A DNA stretch of 62,919 nucleotides, filler included, from Thraustochytrium aureum (lineage: Eukaryota), in the NCBI GenBank assembly GCA_012862495.1. It is 7 parts of 5 records of this genome, joined end to end, with 100 filler letters (N's around TTAATTAATTAA, not from the genome) between each part and the next. Parts side by side here need not be neighbours in the genome. Positions count along the whole stretch, not along the records: positions 1 to 7,726 come from BLSG01000115.1; positions 7,827 to 29,854 come from BLSG01000115.1; 5 more parts are not named here. One strand, written 5' to 3'. The notes below the pieces were generated by a model. The model made no database searches, was not told the origin of the DNA, and worked only from the letters and a program-made list of their open reading frames with translations. Shown piece by piece: positions 1 to 11,100 of the stretch (the stretch's first letter is position 1; each line of letters begins with the position of its first letter). The translations under genes and the position numbers were made by a program.

Positions 1-175
1 CACAGAGTACTCTACTCTCTAGCTAGCTAGCTAGAGTCACGGCATACTTGGTTTTGGACAAGTCGAGAAGATCTCGCAGATCCGCCTTTGTTGTTGGCGA
101 CGTGCCTGATGACGAGGAATAGGCCTAACGTCCCAGGGAAAAGCGAAGGCGCGCTTCTGCCCGGGCACCAGACCA

Positions 176-212
176 TGATCATCATCAACAACATCATCAT
201 CATCATCATCAT
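176..212. repeat. (ATC)n microsatellite
   Basis: Visible ATC run; it explains the spurious poly-Met ORF 27..212. Confidence 0.9.
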
Positions 213-630
213 ACCAGCACGACTAGAGAGCTCAAGTGTCGCTTGGAGATGAACGAGAGCTTCTTACCAAGCATCGTTGCCCTTGGAGAAGAGACCCGCC
301 AGTCGTTGCTGGTTGGACCGTCGGCAGGTACGAAGATGAGCAAGTCCCATACTTTGTTTTGGTGGATGGCACCTGCTCGTGCGCTGGACGCGCGTGAATC
401 TGGCTCGCCTGGGGGTAGCAGCCTCTTGAACACTCCTTGTCAGAGGGAACGAAGCCGGCCAGCCGAGAGGAGGCGCACCTTGGAGCTGCACCTTGGAGCT
501 GCCAGCGCTCGTCGCCACGATGATGCTCTGGCTCGGTTCTCAGCAGACCCCGAACGCCTCGAAAAGCGCAGCAGCACTCAGAGCCACATCAACGACAAGC
601 ATCGAGCAGACGCAAGACTGACCGAGCAGG

Positions 631-3600
631 ATGGTCAACGGGCGTTCGGCGGCCCTTTTGGCCCTCCTCGCCGCAGCCAATATCGCGCAGACGCTCGGCG
701 GGTGCGACCAGACCCAAAAGGTCAACACGTACGGGTACAACGGACCAGATTCTTGGAACGGGTGCGCTACTTTCTCCAATGGCAAGGTGTGGTGGAGTTA
801 CGACGCGCCAGGCCACCAATCGGACTACCCATACACATTCTGCTCCGGGCCCGGCTGCACAGGTTCGATCAGGGGTGATCAAAGTGGCGTCTTCACCATC
901 GGGAACACCGCACCAGCAGGTCTGAACCGAATCGACTGCCATGCTGGCGTCAATTGGTGCCAAGGCACATTCGTACCTCAAGTTTCGCGAGTGCGCGGGC
1001 TGCCCTGCCGGCAACTCGAGGACCGAGTGCTCTGAATCTGCTGACCGGGTTTGCACCAGCTGCCCGTCAGGCTTGTACANNNNNNNNNNNNNNNNNNNNN
1101 NNNNNNNNNNNNNNNNNNNNNNNNNNNNNNNNNNNNNNNNNNNNNNNNNNNNNNNNNNNNNNNNNNNNNNNNNNNNNNNNNNNNNNNNNNNNNNNNNNNN
1201 NNNNNNNNNNNNNNNNNNNNNNNNNNNNNNNNNNNNNNNNNNNNNNNNNNNNNNNNNNNNNNNNNNNNNNNNNNNNNNNNNNNNNNNNNNNNNNNNNNNN
1301 NNNNNNNNNNNNNNNNNNNNNNNNNNNNNNNNNNNNNNNNNNNNNNNNNNNNNNNNNNNNNNNNNNNNNNNNNNNNNNNNNNNNNNNNNNNNNNNNNNNN
1401 NNNNNNNNNNNNNNNNNNNNNNNNNNNNNNNNNNNNNNNNNNNNNNNNNNNNNNNNNNNNNNNNNNNNNNNNNNNNNNNNNNNNNNNNNNNNNNNNNNNN
1501 NNNNNNNNNNNNNNNNNNNNNNNNNNNNNNNNNNNNNNNNNNNNNNNNNNNNNNNNNNNNNNNNNNNNNNNNNNNNNNNNNNNNNNNNNNNNNNNNNNNN
1601 NNNNNNNNNNNNNNNNNNNNNNNNNNNNNNNNNNNNNNNNNNNNNNNNNNNNNNNNNNNNNNNNNNNNNNNNNNNNNNNNNNNNNNNNNNNNNNNNNNNN
1701 NNNNNNNNNNNNNNNNNNNNNNNNNNNNNNNNNNNNNNNNNNNNNNNNNNNNNNNNNNNNNNNNNNNNNNNNNNNNNNNNNNNNNNNNNNNNNNNNNNNN
1801 NNNNNNNNNNNNNNNNNNNNNNNNNNNNNNNNNNNNNNNNNNNNNNNNNNNNNNNNNNNNNNNNNNNNNNNNNNNNNNNNNNNNNNNNNNNNNNNNNNNN
1901 NNNNNNNNNNNNNNNNNNNNNNNNNNNNNNNNNNNNNNNNNNNNNNNNNNNNNNNNNNNNNNNNNNNNNNNNNNNNNNNNNNNNNNNNNNNNNNNNNNNN
2001 NNNNNNNNNNNNNNNNNNNNNNNNNNNNNGGCGGAAGCGGTTGCGGCGACTGGTCTCACGCGCGAGACTGCGTCGAAGGCGGCGATTGTCACTGCGTTGA
2101 CGGAGTCGTTGGCGCCGAGTGCAACGTCTTCCGATTCGACGGTGTCGATCGCACCTTTGAGCAACTCGACAGCTTTTGCGCGGCGCGTCTCGACGAGACC
2201 CCTTGCCCCTGTGGGCTTGTGCGAGACCCAGTTACTGCCGAGTGCGGTGCGCCCCCGAGTGCGATGGAGCCCAGCCCCGTCTGCCCCGAGTTTAGCACGC
2301 TCGTTGGCGACACGTGCATCTTTGTCTCTGCAAACACAGCGGCGCGCAGCGTTGCCGAAGAGCTCTGCAGAAAGCAGGGGCTCAGCCTGGTTACGGCGCA
2401 GACCGACGCCCAGCGAGACTTTTTGGAGTCTGAAATGGCAAGAATTGGACTCGCCAAGCTCTGGGTAGGCCTCTCGTGGGCCTCGGTCGTGCAGGCAGAC
2501 GTCACAACGCTCGACGACCCCAGCACGGTCCTCGATGGCGCAATGTGGGACGACTTTCGCACGCCTTTCAACCTCTCCGAGCTCAATGTGGGACCTTCTG
2601 TGTCCCGCTATGTGGGCGAGGGCGAAGAGACCTGCTTTTTCCTCGGCACCCAAGGCAGCGGGGCCCTTCTTTCTGGTCCCTGCACTGACGAGGCCTCGAG
2701 CTTTGCCTGCGCCATGGAACCGCTTTACATCGAGTGCAGCGAGGGCTTCGTCTTTGACTGGAACCTTTTCGTCTGCACTCCAGAGACGCAGCAAGACCCC
2801 ACGTGCGACGTCGGCGACGGATGGGTTGCAACCAACGCGGGCGGTAAGCGCTGCGTTAAAGCCATGGGGACAGCCACTGGGAATTTCGAACAAGCCAACC
2901 TCGCCTGCCAACAGGTCGGGGGAACGCTCGCAGCGATTCACGACCCGTCGGAGCTGGCCGCCATCACTGCCGCAGCAGGCGGTATTGAGCGCTGGATTGG
3001 CCTCCGCGCCGCAGACCCATCGGCCTGGCTCGACGGGTTCAACGTGCTCCATTCCAAGTACGCCACTGGCGGGTCGGGTTGCGCCGTTCTCAACCCAACA
3101 AGCGGGAGCTGGAACGACGCGGCGTGCGCCTCCCAAAAGCAGTACATGTGCACCCGGAGCGCACGCAAGTGCGCCCCTGGGTACAAGTACAACCAGGGCA
3201 CTTGCATTCTGCTCCAGTCATCCCGCCTCGTTCGTCTCACCGCTGACGTTGCTTGCACGATGTGGGGACTGGACGAGGCGCGCTCGAGCGAGACCAAAGC
3301 CAAGGCGCTCGACCTGGCCGACGCCGTCGCGACCTGCCTGGAAGCACAAGAGCCAGACAATATTGGCTCGAGCAAGGAGAAATGGCCCGGTATGCTCCGG
3401 GTGNNNNNNNNNNNNNNNNNNNNNNNNNNNNNNNNNNNNNNNNNNNNNNNNNNNNNNNNNNNNNNNNNNNNNNNNNNNNNNNNNNNNNNNNNNNNNNNNN
3501 NNNNNNNNNNNNNNNNNNNNNNNNNNNNNNNNNNNNNNNNNNNNNNNNNNNNNNNNNNNNNNNNNNNNNNNNNNNNNNNNNNNNNNNNNNNNNNNNNNNN

Positions 3601-6600
3601 NNNNNNNNNNNNNNNNNNNNNNNNNNNNNNNNNNNNNNNNNNNNNNNNNNNNNNNNNNNNNNNNNNNNNNNNNNNNNNNNNNNNNNNNNNNNNNNNNNNN
3701 NNNNNNNNNNNNNNNNNNNNNNNNNNNNNNNNNNNNNNNNNNNNNNNNNNNNNNNNNNNNNNNNNNNNNNNNNNNNNNNNNNNNNNNNNNNNNNNNNNNN
3801 NNNNNNNNNNNNNNNNNNNNNNNNNNNNNNNNNNNNNNNNNNNNNNNNNNNNNNNNNNNNNNNNNNNNNNNNNNNNNNNNNNNNNNNNNNNNNNNNNNNN
3901 NNNNNNNNNNNNNNNNNNNNNNNNNNNNNNNNNNNNNNNNNNNNNNNNNNNNNNNNNNNNNNNNNNNNNNNNNNNNNNNNNNNNNNNNNNNNNNNNNNNN
4001 NNNNNNNNNNNNNNNNNNNNNNNNNNNNNNNNNNNNNNNNNNNNNNNNNNNNNNNNNNNNNNNNNNNNNNNNNNNNNNNNNNNNNNNNNNNNNNNNNNNN
4101 NNNNNNNNNNNNNNNNNNNNNNNNNNNNNNNNNNNNNNNNNNNNNNNNNNNNNNNNNNNNNNNNNNNNNNNNNNNNNNNNNNNNNNNNNNNNNNNNNNNN
4201 NNNNNNNNNNNNNNNNNNNNNNNNNNNNNNNNNNNNNNNNNNNNNNNNNNNNNNNNNNNNNNNNNNNNGGAGTCCCTTGTGACGATGGACAATCTTGTGC
4301 AAGAAATCATTGCCGTGCAGGAACGGTACGCGGTCGTGCGCAAAACCTACTATGACGCGAAGGCGGCCTACGACAAGCTTCTCGCAGCGGTTGAGATCTT
4401 CAAGGCAATCGCGAGCGTCGCCCTCATGTGCGCTTCGTTCCTGCCGCCGCCGGCTGGGATGGCTGCTATGGCCGCCACTGCGCTGCTTGGTGCGGTGCCA
4501 GGTCGGCGCGCCCTCGACGACGAGAGCGACGCTGGCTGGGCTGCACCAGAGCCGGCGGGCGAGCAAAAGCGCACTTCTGTGAAGCTCGAGGATGGAGGCA
4601 CTGCCGTTGTCAAGTCCTCACCCGAGGCTAGCGGTCGGCGAACGAGTCTCCAGAGCGTGCAGAGCGCCTCGCGACGATCCGTCGGCAGCGCGGGGACCTG
4701 TGTGGCTCCGCCCAGCTCCCGATTCCCGTCGTCTCTCATTCCTAGCCCAGATACCCGGAGTAAATGGGCGCAGGCCGGCCGCGGGGCTATCCTTGCAGTC
4801 ACCGCTGGGACGATTATCAATGGCGTGACGTGCGGGTTTAGCGACCTCGTGGAGGATCCTGTGTTGGAGCACTGCAAGAAGGACGCACCCCCGCCGGCGC
4901 TGTCGTGCAAAGGACCAGCCGAGTACTTGGTGTGCCGCAACGTGGCCAACACGACAACCTTTTACACGTCATGCTGCCGCGAGACGCCAGGGGCCTGCGA
5001 CTTTGGCCCCATGTGCACCAAAATCTCTGGCCCCGACGTCGATCAGCTGATCATGCTTCTCGAGACCGACCTGCCCGTCACAAGCCACGGCGTGGCCGCT
5101 TGCCCCTTTTCAGTCGAGACCGAGCTTCTCCTCGCGCCAGCGCAGGGCATGTACCTCTCCTGCTGCGTCGACCCGGCGGCGGCGGCACCCACGAAGCTCG
5201 AGCTCTGCCCTTTCAACACGCTCTTCGCTGAGCTCATGGCCGCCAAGGTCAAGAGCAGCAGGCGTCTAAGCGCATCTCCGCCTCGACTTGGCCAAGCTCA
5301 GCGCAGGGCTCTTGCTGGGCCGAGCGGTACCTGCTCGCGGCCTGTGCCAAAGTCGCGCGCGTCAAGAACGCGCACCTTTCGCAACCGGCCCTCGCCGTCG
5401 CGCGCCGGGCCGTCCGGGTCCCGATCCTTGACGTCCAAAACCAGCCGCGCCAAGGGGGCTGGCATCGCTGCGGTCGTGGCCGGCGCCGGGTCGCTCCTCG
5501 TGGCAAAGTTGGCCTCGCCAACCAAGGTGTTTGGCGAAATTGCGCCGCTCCCAGACCTGGTGCACGAGGAGGCCGCCAACGCCGCCATGGAACGGCTCGG
5601 GGAGACAGTCACCACGCTCGGCGCGGCAATCACTTCGCTCGCTCAGCGCTTGACCATGCTCATCCTCGAGATCGAGTACGAAGAAGGACACGCCTGGGGA
5701 GGGCGACACCGACACGGCCAGCCAGAGCCCTGCGCTGTGGGACTCGATGTACCATGAGGTGATGGACTTGCTCGAGNNNNNNNNNNNNNNNNNNNNNNNN
5801 NNNNNNNNNNNNNNNNNNNNNNNNNNNNNNNNNNNNNNNNNNNNNNNNNNNNNNNNNNNNNNNNNNNNNNNNNNNNNNNNNNNNNNNNNNNNNNNNNNNN
5901 NNNNNNNNNNNNNNNNNNNNNNNNNNNNNNNNNNNNNNNNNNNNNNNNNNNNNNNNNNNNNNNNNNNNNNNNNNNNNNNNNNNNNNNNNNNNNNNNNNNN
6001 NNNNNNNNNNNNNNNNNNNNNNNNNNNNNNNNNNNNNNNNNNNNNNNNNNNNNNNNNNNNNNNNNNNNNNNNNNNNNNNNNNNNNNNNNNNNNNNNNNNN
6101 NNNNNNNNNNNNNNNNNNNNNNNNNNNNNNNNNNNNNNNNNNNNNNNNNNNNNNNNNNNNNNNNNNNNNNNNNNNNNNNNNNNNNNNNNNNNNNNNNNNN
6201 NNNNNNNNNNNNNNNNNNNNNNNNNNNNNNNNNNNNNNNNNNNNNNNNNNNNNNNNNNNNNNNNNNNNNNNNNNNNNNNNNNNNNNNNNNNNNNNNNNNN
6301 NNNNNNNNNNNGCAGGTGATCCAGCCGCACTCTACGGCGGAGGAGACGCTCAACGAGTACTGCGCGGCGGCGCAGTACGCCGACCCCAAACTGCGCGAAA
6401 AGATCAACGGCGCTTGTGCGCTTTCCGCAGGGAGCCGCGGATTCCGGGGCCTGTCGCTGAGCACGCTCGCGGGCAAGCTGCGCGAGGCCAAGCAGGAGAT
6501 CCGAGTCGACCTCTTGGACGTCTACGTCGCGGAGGGCCTTGTCAAAACCACGATGACGCGCCTCGACATCTCCGAGCTAGTCGACTTTGAGAGGCTGCGG

Positions 6601-7440
6601 GCGACGGGCAAGCTGGAGTTTACGCTGGCTGGTCCAAAAGGCGGGTTTTCCAGCCGGAACAAGACGGGCGCCAACACGGCGGCCTTTGCGCGTGGCGGGC
6701 CTTTCTTTTGCAGCGACTCTTCAAAGCTGGACAACATCGAGATGCGTTCTGTGGGGCTCGTGTTTTTCGGGGCGGATGGCGAGGTGCTCGGCCCGCGCGC
6801 GGGCGACGATCGCGAGGTCTCGATGTCCATCAGGCTAAGCGGGCCGTACGGCAAGTCGCGCGCTGGCTTGACGGTCAGCTTTGAGATGAACGACTACAAC
6901 ACGCTGCACTTTAGCTACGAGCGCCCCACGGAGGGGGACGGCCAGTGCGAGTTCCCTCCGGCCCTGTTGCTCGGCAAGCTTTGCAAGGGGTCGATCCAGG
7001 GCGTGCCCGACCCGGAGCGTCAGCCGCTGCCATCGCCCTATGCGCACTGGTCGGTCGAGGTGGACAGCGGGCTGGAGTTTGTCAAGAACGCGGACCGCGT
7101 CGAGCTCGTCGCAGACTTGCAAGGCATCCGCAATCCGGGCCTCGAGTGCCGCCCGAAGACGACGTCCTACCGCTTTACGCAGAGCGACTATTACGTCGGC
7201 GACCCGTCGGACGATGGCGCCGGCCCAGGCAAAGATGAGGCTGCTGGCGGAGTGCCCCCGGGCGCTATTGCTGGCGCATCCATCGGCGCGGCGCTCCTCG
7301 TCGCGGCTGTGGCGATGTTCCTTCACCGGCGCAGGCGGTCCACCCGCGCAAGCACCGCGTTAGAACTGGCCAAGATTGACGCGCCGGTGGGCAGCATGGC
7401 CTCAGACAACCCGGTCTTTGCGGAGGCAACCTCTAGCTAG
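631..7440 (+). CDS. Giant secreted/type-I membrane protein: signal peptide, Cys-rich repeats, two C-type lectin domains, helical region with hydrophobic hairpin, C-terminal beta-rich domain, TM helix and NPxF tail (one gene inferred across three N gaps and two frameshifts)
   Basis: ATG at 631 gives a signal peptide (MVNGRSAALLALLAAANIAQTLGG). A 1-nt frameshift near 970 joins CQGT to SYLKFRECAGCPAG...CTSCPSG. CLECT-like domains at ~2280-2720 (CIFVS...AEELC...LWVGL...FAC) and ~2800-3160 (CVKAM...ANLACQ...WIGL...WND..C...YMC). Second frameshift near 5680. The last segment, 6312-7440, ends in TM AIAGASIGAALLVAAVAMFL, then HRRRR and DNPVF. All segments are on one strand with no stop/start between them. 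Confidence 0.7.
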
Positions 7441-7726
7441 AGCTTGAGAGCAAGTCGAGCTCGAGGCTCGCCCACCGCAGGATGCGCTGGCGGGCCGACA
7501 AGTCCATGCACGGTCAGGCGCCGCGCCGCCAACGGAGACCAAAGCGAAAAGCGAAAAGCAAAACAAAACAAAGCAAAGCAATGAATGAGCACCGACCATC
7601 ACGCCACCTGCCACGGCGCACGAGCCCATGCCTCGCTCCCGCGCGCCCGCCGTCGTTATGAAATGAAGAGATGCTACTCTACCGAATACAGCGCCAACCG
7701 CTTCCCAACGTGCAGTTCAGCTTTCA

Positions 7727-7826
7727 NNNNNNNNNNNNNNNNNNNNNNNNNNNNNNNNNNNNNNNNNNNNTTAATTAATTAANNNNNNNNNNNNNNNNNN
7801 NNNNNNNNNNNNNNNNNNNNNNNNNN
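7727..7826. other. Artificial scaffold-joining spacer N44-TTAATTAATTAA-N44
   Basis: Exactly 100 nt with a six-frame stop linker at 7771-7782; identical spacers recur five more times. Confidence 0.97.
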
Positions 7827-8128
7827 CAGTCTTACATTCTTCTTTTTTTGCCGTTCATTCGTTGGGGGAAAAAAGGTGAATCATGATGCATGCATGCGTT
7901 CGTGGAACAGCGCCCTCACCCAGCCGAGTACACAAGTGCTCGCACATACGACTCGACCGGGCACGACAGCAAAAGCTTGCAAAGCCTGAACGCGAGCGCC
8001 TTGGCAAGGATCTCTGGGGCCTGCACGACAGTTCTGAAGCTCCTGCTGGCAGCGTCGCAGGCGCAAATTTTTTATTCTCTCCGCGAGCGAGTCGGGTCCT
8101 CGCCTGCCAGTGGACAAGTTGCTCGCTG

Positions 8129-11100
8129 ATGGAGCTGGTGTGCCTCAAGGGGTGCCTCGCGGCGAAAGGACGAGCCGTTGAGGAGTGCGTCGATGATGGG
8201 CTGATCAGAGCTCTCGGGCTACAAGAGTACATGGCAGCAAGGACGGCCCGCGATGGGTCCCCCGAGCATCATCTCACTGTGCTGACCGGCCACGAGGCCA
8301 AGGCATGCGGGCTCTCGATGGATGATCTCATCAACCGGGCAAACGAAACCTGCTGGCCTGACGAAGGGTTTTCGCAACTTGGCATAGGCTCCGCAACGCA
8401 AGACGCCTCCGCCAAAGCGTGGTTTGTCGTCGTGGTGTGGCCCCAAGCGGCAGCCTTGCGCGAGCAGCTCGGGTTGCCTCGCAAGGACTTTCACATCACG
8501 GTCGCCTTGCGCGGGGCGGACGTCCACGGCGTGGACAAAGGCCCGGCGAGCCTGGTCCACGGGCAGCCCGAACTGGCTCCTGCAGCGGCCGCGGCCATGC
8601 TCGGCAAGGCGGCAGCGACACGTCGCAGCCTCGACAAGCTCGCCATTCTGGACGGCGCTTGCGCGCGGAGCAGCGGCCAGGCCCGCGCCAAGGCCCTGCT
8701 CGCTCGAGCTGCTTGCCACGGAGCTCGGGGGGCGATGCTGCAAGCCTTTTCGGACGCCCAGGAGGCCGCAGCCCTCAACGAGACGCCGCGAGCGATGCTG
8801 ATCCTGGGCNNNNNNNNNNNNNNNNNNNNNNNNNNNNNNNNNNNNNNNNNNNNNNNNNNNNNNNNNNNNNNNNNNNNNNNNNNNNNNNNNNNNNNNNNNN
8901 NNNNNNNNNNNNNNNNNNNNNNNNNNNNNNNNNNNNNNNNNNNNNNNNNNNNNNNNNNNNNNNNNNNNNNNNNNNNNNNNNNNNNNNNNNNNNNNNNNNN
9001 NNNNNNNNNNNNNNNNNNNNNNNNNNNNNNNNNNNNNNNNNNNNNNNNNNNNNNNNNNNNNNNNNNNNNNNNNNNNNNNNNNNNNNACAGAACCAGCGCC
9101 GTCGCGGCGTACCGCCGAGGCCTCGAGTTGTGCAAGGGCGTGCAGTTCATCAAAGTGCGCGACAACCTGCTGCAGCGCCTCGAGCGTACATTGCAGTCCG
9201 TTCCCGCCCCGCAAGCAAAGTTTCCGCGCACAGCGCACGGCGTGGACCTCGGAGCGGCCACGCGCGATGACTTGCACCTCGCGGATAAGGACGTTGCCGT
9301 CTTTTGCTCCGAGGAATTAACTGTCACCGTCGAGGAAAAGCTGGACGGCGCAAACCTGGGAATCTGGCTCGACGAGAGTTGGCGCCCCGTTTGCAAAAAC
9401 CGGTCGCACTTTGTGTGCGAGGGGACCGCAACGCAATGGAGCGGTCTCGACTCGTGGCTCGAGCAGTTCGCCACGACGCTGTGCCGTGTTCTGGGCCAGC
9501 GATACGCGATTTACGGCGAGTGGATGTTTGCCAAGCACTCGATCCACTACACGGCCCTGCCAAGTGTTTTTGTTGCCTTTGACGTGTACGACCGCATTGC
9601 AGAGCGATTCCTCTCGGTAGCCTCGCGCGACCGAGTGCTGCGCGGGTCGGGCATCCCTATCGCCGCCACCGTGCGCGTTGGGGCCTTTGAGCCTGCCACC
9701 TTCAAGGAGCGCTTGCGCGAGCTTGCGGAGGCGACGCCGTCTCGGTTTTACAGCGGGCCCGTTGAAGGCGTGGTGGCGCGCGCGGACGAGCCGGGCGGGG
9801 GGCAAGAGGGCGATCCGATCACGTTCCAAATTTGGAGGTGCAAAGCCGTCCGGGGCGAGTTTACGCAGGCCATTGATGAGCACTGGACGCGCGGCTCGGT
9901 CGTTCGCAACACCGTTCGCGCGGATCTCTTCGCCAGCAGCGCGGCCGATCAGCAAGCAAAGTACCCGAGCACGCCGCACCTCCCGTTCAGCCCGTGCGTG
10001 CAGGACGACGACGTCCTGCTCGGTAGTGATGGCGCGGCGTCGGACCTCTCTTGCGGCCGGCGCGTGATCGTCACGGAGAAGATGGACGGCGGCAACTGCT
10101 GCCTCAAAGGCGGCAAGGTGTTTGGTAGGACGCACGCGCGGGAGGCCTCGCATTGGTCCTTTGGCGCAGTCAAGACGCTGTATGCTGGCTGGCTGGCCAT
10201 GCACCCGCAACTGCAGGGCCTCGAGCTCTTTGGCGAGAGCATGGCCGCGATCCACAGCATACTGTACGACGCGCTGTGCAGCCCCTTTTACCTCTTTGCC
10301 GCGCGCGATGCGCAGACTGGCGCGTGGTTGGCCTGGGACGACGTCGTTGCGCTCGCTGAGCGCCTCCGCGTCCCCACCGTTCCGCTCGTTTTCGATGGGG
10401 TGTTCGCCAACCTGGACCAACTCAAGCAGCTTTTGCAAGCGGAAGCCGCGGCCACCTCGCGCGCCTCGACCGAGCTGCCTGGCGAGGGCTTTGTCGTACG
10501 CGTTGCGGAAGGATTTGCGCCCGACGCGTTCGAGATGTCGATCGCCAAGTATGTAAGGGCCAACCACGTCCAGACTGGCGCGAACTGGAAAGCCAGCTGC
10601 GCCAAAGCGCCCATTCTGTTCAGCTACGAGGAGGGCCTTGCGCGGATGCGGCCGCCCGTGTCGGCTCGCCCGCTGCAAGTTTTCGTCGACCTCGACGGCA
10701 CCCTGGCCGACTTTGACCTTCGTGTACAGGAGATCACTGGCAAGCGGCCGGAAGAGCTCGCTGGAGCTGCGCTGTGGCGCTCCATTGAGGGCTCCAAGGA
10801 TTTCTTTACGACGCTACAGTGGATGCCCGGCGCCGAGCAGATGTGGCAGCGACTAGCGCTTCTCGAGCCCACGATCCTCTCCGGGGTGCCGATGAGCAGC
10901 ACGCGCTGGGCGGAGAAGCAAAAGCTTGCCTGGTGCGCCCAGCACTTGGGCGAGCACGTGCCAGTAATTCTGTGCGCTACACGCGACAAGCACAAGCACA
11001 GTGGGCCGGGTCGTGTGCTTATCGACGACCGCGCTCGAACGGGACGAAGCTGGGAGGAACAGGGCGGGATATTCATCCACCACAAAAACCCTGCCGACAC

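Noticed and set aside
1..40. (CTAG)n palindromic run at the window start
   Set aside because: Short simple repeat with no evidence for an element terminus or telomere.
7771..7782. TTAATTAATTAA palindromes as regulatory sites or piggyBac TTAA targets
   Set aside because: Always centred in exactly 44+44 Ns, so it is a synthetic linker.
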